A stretch of 63,950 nucleotides of DNA, filler included, from Hyphochytrium catenoides (taxonomy: Eukaryota; Protista; Hyphochytriomycota), in NCBI GenBank assembly GCA_900088475.1. It is 7 parts of 7 records of this genome, joined end to end, with 100 filler letters (N's around TTAATTAATTAA, not from the genome) between each part and the next. Parts side by side here need not be neighbours in the genome. Positions count along the whole stretch, not along the records: positions 34,301 to 55,219 come from FLMG01002295.1; 6 more parts are not named here. One strand, given 5' to 3'. The position numbers and the translations under genes were made by a program. Positions 39,101-50,515 of this stretch are shown piece after piece. How positions within the stretch are numbered: the stretch's first letter is position 1; every line of letters begins with the position of its first letter. The notes beneath the pieces are model-generated. The model had not been told where the DNA came from and ran no database searches. It saw nothing but the letters and a program-made list of their open reading frames with translations.

Positions 39101-42100
39101 TATCTCTTCCTGCATGGCCACAGATGAGGCACATATGCTTCTGTGCCGCACAGTCAGGACATTGCCAGGTGTCGTCCTCTGGAGCCTCGTCCAGGCTGAG
39201 ACATTCCACATGGAAAGAGCGCATACACGGACCATCGCAGAGAATGAGAAGGCCTCCCTCTCCACAAAGAGCGCAGATGTCCGAGGTGGACTCCTCTTCA
39301 TCTCCGTCCTGAACGCCATCCTCGTCTTCCTCCATCTCTTCCTCTGAGGCTTCCTCCTCTTCCACTGGCTCTTCTTCTTCGTCCTCTTCCTCTGAGTCTT
39401 CGGCTGCTTTTTTCCCCCTTCCTGTGCTCTTCGTTCCTCGGGTGTTCTTTTTCTTTGCTGTTTCCTTCTTCTTGTCCTCTTTCGACTTCTTTTCCTTGCT
39501 CTTCTTTGGTGTGACAAAACTCTCTCTCGTCTTTGTCCTGCAGCTTCTAACCATAGAAGTGCGAAGTCCCTCTAACATCTTCGTAGCCATTTCCTGCTGT
39601 TTAGGAACGAACTGTTTCTTCATTACAGAGATCCGACGAAGAAGTTCACACGCCTGGTCCAGCTCTCGGCTATCGACTTCTCCATCAGCTTGAGCCTCTT
39701 TTAGGTTCTCGACAGCGGTCTTGACTTGTTTGAGAAAGTCTGCGCAAGACAATAGCCCAGAAGGTGACGGACGAAGAGACACAGCGGTAAGACTGGGTGC
39801 CTTTCCCTACTACGTTACCCGCGCTTGCTTCTTATTATCTAAAGCCCTGGAATGTCTATCTTCTTCCCACGTGACTGCCATCACTCACTGCTTCTGGTGT
39901 TTAGACCCGTGATTTTCCAGGGAGAAAGAGAAGTACACGTCCGACTTTTCTCTTCGCAGTTCTTCCGCCTCTCTTACCTGATCTAGTCTTCGCGCTCTCA
40001 AACGGCGCTCCATCCTCGAGCCTGGTCAGTAACAACTCACAGTTGATGGCGTCCGGAAGGACTTTGGACCAGAACTCTGGATCATCCACGGAGATGTTCT
40101 GGTCGCCTACATTCACCGTAAAAGTAGAACGATCCACCTTGTGTCCTAATGCGCTCGCCGTCTTCACCTGCTCTACCACACGAACGTGCGCATTCTTCTC
40201 CAGGATCTAAAGAGACGAGACAAAAACAGACAGAGAAAGAGATGACAGTCAGAAGAAGGGGTCGGATGCCGAGTTACAAGTGATCAGATAGACAATCTAG
40301 CCCATGACGGCTTTAGGGGATGCGGAGTAGTACTCCCTGGAGTACGAGGAAGGATTGACTCATAACGGCACACCTGTTCAATGTCCAGCTCTAAGAACTT
40401 CTTGCTGTCTTCCTCATTGTCATCCAGCATAGCATAAGCCCCTTGCTTCAAGAGTATCTCCAGCTCCTTTGCGCTTATCTTCTCTCCTTTGCTAGTCTCC
40501 GAGAAGGAGACAGTACCTAGCACAGCGTGTTCCAGGCCAAGCTTCCGGCTAGCCCGCTCGAACATCTCTGCCTCAAAAGTCTTCCTGGTCACCAAGCGGT
40601 ACACTTTGACTGCCTTCTCCTGGCCGATACGATGACACCGAGCTTGGGCTTGAACGTCATTCTAGAGCAATGATTGAAATCTTTAGGGAAACTCTCCAAA
40701 CGAACCTGGTGCGACACATGAATCTTCAAAGAAACAGGCATTTGACGCAAGAGAATGACACAGACATGACATAACCAGCGAAGGGCGCAAGGCTGAGATC
40801 TTCGGCAGAAGCAACGGACAACGCTCAGGAAGGACTCCATATGTGTGTGTACCTGTGGGTTCCAGTCACTGTCAAAAATAATGACAGTGTCAGCAGCCAC
40901 CAGATTGATACCGACGCCTCCAGCGCGTGTGCTCAGTAAAAAGATAAAGGAGTCTGACTCAGGGGCGGAGAAGCGGTCGATGGCGCTCTGTCTATCATTG
41001 CCCTGGACTGAGCCGTCGAGTCGCTCGCAGCTATAGCCTTTAGCAGCGCAGTAGTCAGCCAGGATGTCTAGCAATATGACAAATTGCGAGAAGATGAGCA
41101 CTTTGTGGCCCTCCGCGCGCAGCTTTGGCAAAAGCTTATCGACCAACACCTATGATGCAATGAGAGAAGGTGTGAGATTCAAACCTCTTGATCGCTTGCT
41201 CCCATACATCCAAAATGACCACTGGCACTCTGTCTACGTGCCACTGTACCCTTTGAAGCTTTCTTCTTCAATGTCCTATAAGTGTCATCGTGTCTACCCA
41301 TCGCGTCTCCGTGCCCATTTACAAGCACACGTCCGAGATCTCTGCCCTCCTCCAGTGTCCCGAAACAAGTGCCTTACCAGCTTTCCTGAGCATTCAATGG
41401 TCTTCTTCATCCGTTCTTCGGTGGCAGGTGCCTCTCCGAGCTCCTCCATCTCCTTCTCCTCCACCCCCTTGAGAAGAAAAGGATGGTTGCAGCACTTCCT
41501 GAGTTCCATGTGGATATTCAATAGCTGCGGGGTGACGCCCTTTGTCACCTTCTGCAAGAAAGAACGGTTCTTCTCGAAGATGGCACGATAATAGCGTTTC
41601 TGCAAGATCGTCAGCTCTACGTCAATGATCGTTTCCTCCTTCGGGGGGAGGCACTTTTCAACGTCCTCCTTCACTCTACGTAGTATATGAGGAGCGATCT
41701 CTGCTTGGAGCTCCAGCACCTGACTTTGGGTCTGCAGGTTTCCAAACCTCCGCTCAAAATCCACCTTGTCGCCGAACTTATTGGGCTCTATGAAGTTCAG
41801 CAGAGTCCAAAGTTCTTGAGTGTTGTTCTGCAGTGGCGTGCCCGTAAGCAAGAGTCTAAAGTCTGTGTGCAAGATTTTGAAAAGCTTCAAGGCCTTGGAG
41901 TTCTGGCTCTTCAGCCTATGCGCTTCGTCAACAACCAGATACCGCCAGTGGACCCACTGGAACTCCTCATAGTCGGCAATGACCGTCTCGTAGGTTGTCA
42001 AAAGGACATTAAACTTCAGCAGACTTCTCTTTTGATGAGGAAAGAACCACTCGTACTGACGTAGCCACGCCCGGAGGTTCTTCCCTTTGCCTCCAAGTCC

Positions 42101-45100
42101 TGAAGACTCATGGTAGAGACAGACATTCATATCCGTCCAGTTCTCAAACTCTCTTTTCCAGTGCTGGATGGTAGATAGAGGGACGACAACCAGAAAAGGC
42201 CCGCGTAGGTTATCTACGGTGTGAATATAGTTGAGCGATGACACCACTTGGACGGTCTTTCCCAGGCCCATTTCATCCGCCAAAATCAAGTTGCGGCCCA
42301 GATACCGGCCCCTGCAGATCCAGTTCAGTCCTTCAACCTGCGATCAAAAGACAAATTGGGGAAAAGAATTACTAGGTGTAGGTCAACAACCAACCATATC
42401 GTATAGACCAGAGTGCTCAGCCATAATCGCTTGAGGAAAGGGTCGGCACAAGGATTACATTTCAGCGAACAGTCGTGGCAGGTACCTGGTATTTGAATAG
42501 TTTGTTCCCATTTTTAAACTCCGGGCTCTCAGTATAGGGCTTGAAAGCAGTACGTGGGCGCTCCACATAGACCACACCGTGTGGAGTTATCCGGCCAATG
42601 GAGAAGAGGCTGCTTTCCTCCTTCCTCTGCTTATTTTTCTTCGTTGTCTCTTCGTCAACTTCCTGAAACTCCTCATCATCGCTGTCCTGCTTGTCCTCTT
42701 TTTCCGTCTTTGGGATTAACCTTTCTTCTCTGCTTTCCTGACCGTCATCGTCTTGGTCTTCATCGTCCTCCACCTCATCTTCATCATCGGAGCTACCGGA
42801 CTTGTCCCCATCCCCCTCTTCCTTCCCTTCTTCTTCTTCTGAGTCGGAACCCGACGTTTTCTGCATGACAGACTTGAGGATGTCCTCTCTCTCTGTCTCT
42901 AGAAGAACCGCCTGTTTCAGATTGCCTGACTGCAACTCTTCGATGGCTAGAATTTCCTTGATCGTATCCTTTGACTCCAGTTTGCCCGCCATAGCGTCTG
43001 CCAGCAGCCTGTGCATTGCCCCAAAGTTTGGATGGTCCTCAGACCACAGCTGGAAGTCATTGACCTTCTTCTCCACACTTTGATTAACTGGAGGGCGAGA
43101 CTGATCCGTAGTCAATATGCCAAATTGCTGATGCTCGAAGGGCAGCTGTGGCAAGCAGAGCCTGCCTTGAGGATCAAGGAGACATGGCGAGTACTTCTCG
43201 GCAACAGCAGAAAAGGGTCTGCGGGTCCTAAGTGCCAGTTCTACTTCTCCTGCGACGCTCTTGAGCCTCTCTATGACTTGGTGAAAGCGCATCTGGTGTA
43301 TTCTGAGGCCGTCAATGGCAACAATGAGGTCTCCGACCTGGATAATTCCTGATGCCTTTGCGACACTGGGAACTCCTTCTTGGAACTCATGAAAACCAAC
43401 CACCTGAAGATGAGAAGCAGTCCTTAGACCCAATGCGCTATCTGGCCCATGATGAAGTCCTATGCTCATTGCTGTTTTCAGCCATATCAGACCGTGCAGA
43501 CCACTAGCACTTAAGCGAAACCAAGACAAGAGCCTTCTCGGCAACATTCAGAACCCATTTCCACCCATCTTCTAGCTCATTCCAGCATGCTTACCTCTAC
43601 GCCGATCCTAGTGGATTCGTCCTTCAATAAGCTCATTCCCAGCCCAAAATTCGGATCCTTCACCAGTTTGACAGTGTATTCCAGACAGGGCTCGTCGTCC
43701 TCCCGAGTCTCACGTCCCTCATAGTGTCGCAGCACATCACTGATGGCGCTTGGAACAGGCTTATTCGCTGTCACGAACTCCACCAACTCCGCCGTAACAA
43801 GGGCGACTTCTGGATCAGTCTACGGAAGTTCCCCAAAGGGCAGAATAGCGAAGTGAGAAGCGACATCGAGATATTGGAGATGACAAAGCGAAGAAATAAC
43901 AGGCGAAGAAAGAACTGTGTAGGGGAAGAAAGAACTGTGTGCGCGCACACGCTGCGTAATGACAGATTAACGATAGCTCAGGGACAGCCTCTACGGAAAA
44001 AGAGATCAATAGCACTTACCCCAGGTACATCCAGGACATACTGGTAAGCAGTGGTGTGAGGCCCACACTGAAGCAGAGCCTCTCGACCTGGCGCCTCGCC
44101 CTTAGTTAGGGCTGCAAAGGCAGATATTTGCGAGGAAATCTGCCGGAAGTAGCCGTCGACTACATGTTTCATTTTGCCTCCTGGACCTCTCTTCAGCAGC
44201 TTCAAGTTCCAAGGCATCTTGTCCTTGGCTTTCTGTAGATGTTTGTTGCATCTGCCCTGATGGTTCCCTGGGCGAGAGCAAAAAGGAGATCGGCTGCAAT
44301 GTGCTTGCATGGTCGTAAGCTCTTCAGGTTGCACAATGCGTTGCTTCGTGCAACAGACTTGCTGGCACATAGTGCGCGTTATCTCCTCTTCCGAGGGCAC
44401 TGCTGATATGACTTTGTACCTGTTAATAAGGTCGGAGAGCTGTGGCACCCCTCTCATGTCCTCCTCTGTCTCCCAGGTGCAATCTCTGTATGGAAGAGAC
44501 TTCCATTGGACTAAATACTCGGTGACCTTTTCACCCACCACGTTTTTGGGGTTATCGCCCGTGGAGTCCTGTGCCTGCTTCTGCGCTGTCTTCACATCGT
44601 AGGGAGTCCTCTTCAGCTTAGTGCACCTTTCGCAGAGCCAGGTCCCGCTAGGTACCTCAGATAAAGGCGGCTTTAGGCAATAAATGTGATATTCTCCGTC
44701 ACAAGCATCGCAAAGTATAGACTGATCTGCGTCCTTCTCCTCCTTGCACGAGCAGCAACCCTTGGACCATGGTGCCCAGCCCTTCACCTCTTTAGACCAG
44801 GCGGTTGCAGACGCAATCCACTCATGGTATAGGCGCTCAAAGTAAGTCTCCAAGTGATCCGCAGCAGCCCAGATCTCGGATGTCTCGTCATTGTACAGCT
44901 TACAGTTCCGGAAGACCAAGCGGACGTCTGAGACAAACATAATGTGGCACTTTTGACCTCGGTAAAAACTCTTCTTCATACGCTTGGCAATAGTTCCGAA
45001 GTCCATAGGGCTAGTAACGTACTCCAGGTAGTCATCAACAGCGCTGCATGAGGGTGGGGAAATACTTTAGAGCAAGACGTAGAGACCGCAATACTCACTG

Positions 45101-46245
45101 TAAACTATATAGCGAAGGGTGAAAAGGCTCAATGGCAAGAGCAGCCTATAAGCTTTTCAAAGAAAACGACAAGCAGGAGCATGCACCATTAGATGTCGAA
45201 ACGCCGCCGCAATCAGCACGAAGTATAGAAGCAGCCGTGTCTTACGTGACATCTACTGGTTCCATGAACGGCTCCGCCTCCGGCTCATGGGTAAGTCTTC
45301 CAAGAATGGCTTCATAGCGGACGAATGCTTCTTTGGTATGGTCATTTAGAAAGGAGAGAGAGACCGACGACGTTTCTGCAGAATCTTCTTTCAGTCGCGC
45401 CTTCCTCGGTATAGTCTTTCTGCGACTAGCGTCGATAACTCTGTGGCTCATAATGTGATCAATTTCTATCACGATATCCTTAAGCTCGTCAACGTCATGC
45501 AGCTCATCAATGCCATCGTCGAGCAGCTTCCTTTCGTATCTACACGTAGAGCGAACAACAATAAGAAGATGTGGAGGTGTCGCCAGCCGGATGATGTTAC
45601 GTGAGGGCTAAAACGCTCTGCAACAAAAAGGCTTATAATGCAAGCAAACAGGCAGACTATGGGCGTACTTTTGAAGTCTGGGCTTGTCGAATCGCCCGTA
45701 GACCGGGTGGTTCTCGATCTCTTGCCGCGTGAGCCAAGCGGTGTGCAGAAAGGAAAGCCCGCGGTATTTCGCATGAAATTCCTCATTGAGTGTGTTTTGG
45801 TTGATGCGTCGCCCTATAAACAGCTCAATCCTCGGATCATCCTAGCCAATAAGCTCAAATGTCAGTCCATCGTTCGGGGCACAAAATCTATCTCGACTGT
45901 CTTGTCGCACGGTTTTACCTCTTCAATGTCAGCGGGATGCCTCCATTCTATCACTTCCTGCTTGGCGTCATCGCTTGATTCGCCTTCATCGTCCGTTCCG
46001 AGTTTCATATCAAACTTGTACTTGACGCCTGCTGATGACCGGCGCCTAGAGCGGCCCTGCAGAATGAGAAGCGTACAGCACAGACAGGGCGATGAAATAG
46101 TGAGGCATAAATGTCAGCAGGGCCCTCTTCATGCTATACGACTGTAGAGACGCACCGTATCTGCAAGCATTGCTTCATCCTGGACGCTGTCTTCTGCATC
46201 CAAAGGATGATCTTCATCTTCGATGGCTGCTTTCCGGCGTGGCAT
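36169..46245 (-). CDS. CHD-family SNF2 chromatin remodeler: chromo, split chromo with bromo+PHD, C3H motif, PDZ, SNF2 ATPase/helicase-C, NSD-like PHD array, ePHD, two PHDs
   Basis: ATG at 46245 ([10 protein letters not shown]). Helicase motifs are intact: [34 protein letters not shown] and DSDWNPQ|[14 protein letters not shown]. Bromo: PFMEPVD...PMDFGTI...[13 protein letters not shown]: FGLGMSL...[12 protein letters not shown]. Multiple C4HC3 fingers. Ends EDLSADP* at 36169. Confidence 0.92.
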
Positions 46246-47135
46246 CACGTCAACTTATAGCAGCTGGTGCCCCCAAGTGTAGGCTTCCTGGGGCTCAGAG
46301 CGAAGAGCCCAATCAGCAAATGTAGCGATCCCAGATGTCTACGGCGCAACAGCTATCGCCATACCAATTGATTGCATAGAGACTATTGGGATAAGAATCA
46401 CTACTTGGACCAGCAGCGAAGACTTGCAGTGACAGCCACCGCGAAACGAAATATTACAAAATTGAAAACACTTCAACTTCCCGCCAAAGCCGATCCAGCA
46501 GTTTGGGAAGCGAGACACACCAACGTCGCGTCCACCTGTGAAGCGGTAGACGGTCACCTCAGCTAAAGGACAAGCGTCCCGATAACCTTTCCATCAATGG
46601 CCCTTCACAGAGCTCCGAACTCCTCTCTGTGGCGACGTTATGCCGGTAACGGAGCTTCAAAAGTGGGTAAGAAGGTCTGTTTGTGTCTGAAATGTAGCTC
46701 TTGAAGACCGCAGAGCTTTTTACTGAAGCTGCATCCCGAAATTACTCCAAAGAAAATCTGCGTCTCCAATTCCCCCAGAACCAAAGACATGCCAAGGGCA
46801 GCGAAAGAGAAAGAGAGAGAATTACAGTAATATAGCTTAATCGTATTCCGCTCACTAGGTACGATGTATATTGTCTGGCAGTAAAACATCCTGAGGATAT
46901 TCCGCTCTATCCCCATCTCTCCTCCAGTCTCCTCCTCGATCTCTCCCTCAAGGCTTCCTAAGAGGAACCTTCCATTGTTGCACAAAGGAGCGCACCTTTT
47001 GTAGGCGGAATAAAGCGCAACCTCACAAAGTTCTTGGCGATGACGGCTGAAAACACAAATTAGATGGAGTGGGCGATTATTCTTGGATTAATGTCAATTA
47101 TGTGGCAAATGACTCGATATTGTAGCATACGATTG

Positions 47136-47334
47136 ATTGGGATAAGGCTGTTTATAAATCGGAGTTGTCAAGATGCCCTATTTTCTATTTTGACACTGTA
47201 GTACTTTACCAGGAGACAAGACATTAGTTCTATTACTGTACACCAGTATTGACTTCGCATTTTTGACGTCAAAATTACATTTTTGAACTCAGCCAATCTG
47301 ACGGCGTCTCGTCCTCGCGCCGCGATTTAATTGG
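47136..47334. promoter_or_regulatory. Candidate NF-YA promoter elements in the divergent CHD/NF-YA intergenic region: CCAAT boxes and a TGACGTCA palindrome
   Basis: ATTGG 47136-47140; TTTTGACGTCAAAA 47261-47274; AGCCAATC with CCAAT at 47293-47297; ATTGG 47330-47334. Locally AT-rich. Confidence 0.45.
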
Positions 47335-47776
47335 CCGCAGCTTGGGAGCTTGAAGAGTGCATCAAAGCGTCAGAAACTCATCAGAAAAGCTTCGAGCCTT
47401 GAGAGACGTATATAGAGTCCATTGTGGGCTGATAGTAAGGCAGCGCTGCACGCAGGCAAGCTACGCAGAGGTTTACAGTTGGGCTCAGAGCTGCAGGAGG
47501 ACGGAGGCATAGTGGAATAGGCCTGAGCAAAGCACTTGAAGGACTTCTTCCTTCCGCTGTAAGTAGGCGGGGATAAGCTACCTGGTGCATCAAGGATCCA
47601 TCACAGCGTGTTGACATGCGGTGAGCCTTTCCACCGCCAGCGAACGCACCGCCAGGTGAGATAGCTAGAAGTATGTCTACCAAAAAGACCTTCGCGCTCG
47701 ACTGCCTATGAAGGAAGTCAACACGACTGTGTGTACGTGCTAATCATTGTGACAACCTGGAACCCCAGACTCTACA

Positions 47777-48871
47777 ATGGATCAGGCGTCCAGCTCCGTT
47801 GCTCCAACGTATGACGGCCAACAGCCACAACAACATGGCACAGCTCAGCCACAAGGTTCCTCTCAAGGGATGACGGGAAACGTTGGCGCGCTACCTTCCT
47901 TACCAAACGCCATGCCTGGCATGCCGTCCGGAATGGCGCTGCCCGGCTATGTCATGACGCCCGAGCAGCACTCTCAGTATATGAACAACATAGCCATGGT
48001 CTGGCCCGCCTGAGTTCCTAACCCCTGGATTCTGGCAGTTTGCTAGACTAACCCTCTTTGACCTTGCTCATGCACTCCAGATGTACCAGATGAATCCCGG
48101 AGGAGTGATGTACATGCATCCTTACATGGTAAAGGGCCTGAGCACCGCTCTGTCTACTTGACCACCTCTATTATGGGATATGACTTGGTCCTTTCTCCTC
48201 AAAGTATAGATGAGAAGCCTGTTTTTGCGCTAGTGGGGATTCCTTCTCGTTTTGACATATCCCTTCCCTTCATCCCCCTCTTAGATGGCGCAGGCTGCTG
48301 GCCAAGGAGCCGCTGGAAGTGCGCAAGGAAACGCGGCTGCGGCAGCGCCAGGTCGCGTCGTTCCAGTACCCGTTCCGGCTCCACCAGTGGTAGAGGAAGA
48401 GCCAGTCTATGTAAACGCTAAGCAGTACCACAGAATTATGATCCGACGGCAGCAGAGGGCAAAGCTGGAGGCAAAGCTACCTCGACAGAGGAAGGTAAGA
48501 GGAGCAGCCAACACCTTGCTCCTGCACTTGGGTCCCTGCCAATACACCAAAGGTCTCAGCGCTCTTATGCCTCCTATGAGTCTTCTATTAACAGAGGCGG
48601 GGCCTATCTTTATTCCACCTTCCTGCCTCTGGCCAGAAACCGATCTACATAGATCAAGATGTCTTGCTTCTTCTGGCTGACACCTTTCTAACTTGTCTCC
48701 TTACGTTCTTGGTAGCCCTTCCTCCATGAGTCACGACATAAGCATGCGATGCGGCGACTGCGAGGGCCTGGAGGTCGCTTTCTTACCAAAGAGGAGATCA
48801 GAGTGTACAAAGAGACAGGCAAACTACCTCTGGACGAGGACGAACCCCCAAAAAGAAGTAAGCCCATTTAG
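47777..48871 (+). CDS. NFYA: Nuclear transcription factor Y subunit A (CBF-B/HAP2), 4 exons (47777-47998, 48081-48128, 48285-48494, 48716-48871), 211 aa
   Basis: EEPVYVNAKQYHRIMIRRQQRAKLE...RK|PFLHESRHKHAMRRLRGPGGRFLT. All introns are phase-0 GT-AG. Q/M-rich N-terminus. Confidence 0.95.
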
Positions 48872-49409
48872 AGGTTCTCCGCAAGATCCATACCATTCCA
48901 GCTTCTCCTTTTCTCTATCTTCCTAACCTTCCTAGAAGTCTAACAATCTGTTGTCGTCATTCGGCTCATGCTATGGTTCCAAATAGAGTAAGCGGTGGGC
49001 ATATCCTGTGTTCTTAGCGAGGTGAAGCCCGACGGAAGCACCCGAGTATTTAAAGAAACAAACCCAGCCCCGTGCAGGATAGGGCACATGTTCCTTGAAA
49101 GAGGGAGCCAGGGGAAATACGGAGAGAGAGTGAGACAGGCACGACAGCAAGGGTGGGAGGGAGTTAGAGCCGAGGAAGAGGCAGCCAGGGGGAAGACAGA
49201 GAGCGAGAGAGAGAAAGCGAGAAACGAGAGAGAAAGGACAGCACGACAGGAAGGGAGAGACAGAGCTAGGGCCGAAGGGAAAGAGACTAGCAGTCTTTCA
49301 GAAAGATCCCTATGTAACATAGCACTAGGACAGCTTTGGAAGTCAAGAGACTCCTTTTCGCCCCAAACTCATGTGCTTCCTTCACTCTCCGTCAGAAATC
49401 TAGTTCCTA

Positions 49410-49449
<40 letters not shown>

Positions 49450-49713
49450 CTGGACGGTGACTTTTCTAAGGCTTAGGCAAAGACAGGATAGGCTGCTGGC
49501 GGGAAGAGCTGGATGTGGCATTAGTTACCACTAAATATACTGACAAATTGAACGAAGAACAGCACAGCGGGAACGAGACAGCAGAAAAGGACAAACCAGC
49601 GCTTCGTCTTTCACCATGAAGAGGAGGAGAGGACGAAGAATAGAATAACCCGTTGTGCCATTGGGCTCCAACGCAAAGTGGGGCAAAAGAGAGAGGCTTG
49701 CTTTCTTGAAGCG

Positions 49714-50465
49714 TTAAGAATTCTGTGGGACAGCTCCCGGAGGAGGAGGAGGGCTAGTGATGTGGCCACCATCGTTGGGAGGAAGAGGGGAAGCAGGCAA
49801 GGGCTCTGACTCTTCCATCTCCTCCGACTTCTTCGCCTGGCCACTCTCAGTAGCCTCTTTTCCATTCTCTTGCTCCGTCTCCCCTTCCTTGTCCAGTCTT
49901 CTCGCTCCTTCGTTGTCCACCTGGCCTTCTTGTTTCGAGTCCTCTTTTCCATCTGTCTGCCCTTCTCCTTGTCCTCGTAGGAGGACATCCTTGAAGCTGG
50001 AGGCTGTCTCCTTGCGTTCAGGCTCAACGCTAAATGTGTCCAATGATTGCACTGAGTCGATATGCGGGATTCGTTGGCTGTTCTCCTCTTGGACTGTGTA
50101 CAGCGACGTATCTGTGCTTGAAAAGCCTTTACTCTCATCATCTACATTGCGAAAGAGAGCGAGGGACAGACACTGAGTGTCAACGCCAGGTGTGAAGGTC
50201 AGACAGAGCGAGAAAGAGACTGTCGNNNNNNNNNNNNNNNNNNNNNNNNNNNNNNNNNNNNNNNNNNNNNNNNNNAGGTTGGATTTCGTGCAGAAGGTCG
50301 TCCATCTAGTGAGAAAGACGATAAAGAGCGATGAGAGAGGCGTTTCGGTCAGAAGCACACGAGAAGCCACGAAAGGACTGTCTAGGCCCTCACACCTTAT
50401 CTTGCTACCGGCGTCTCAGCCATCAACTCCTCCATTTCTCGGTCTCTACCCTCCTCGTCCTCATG

Positions 50466-50515
<50 letters not shown>

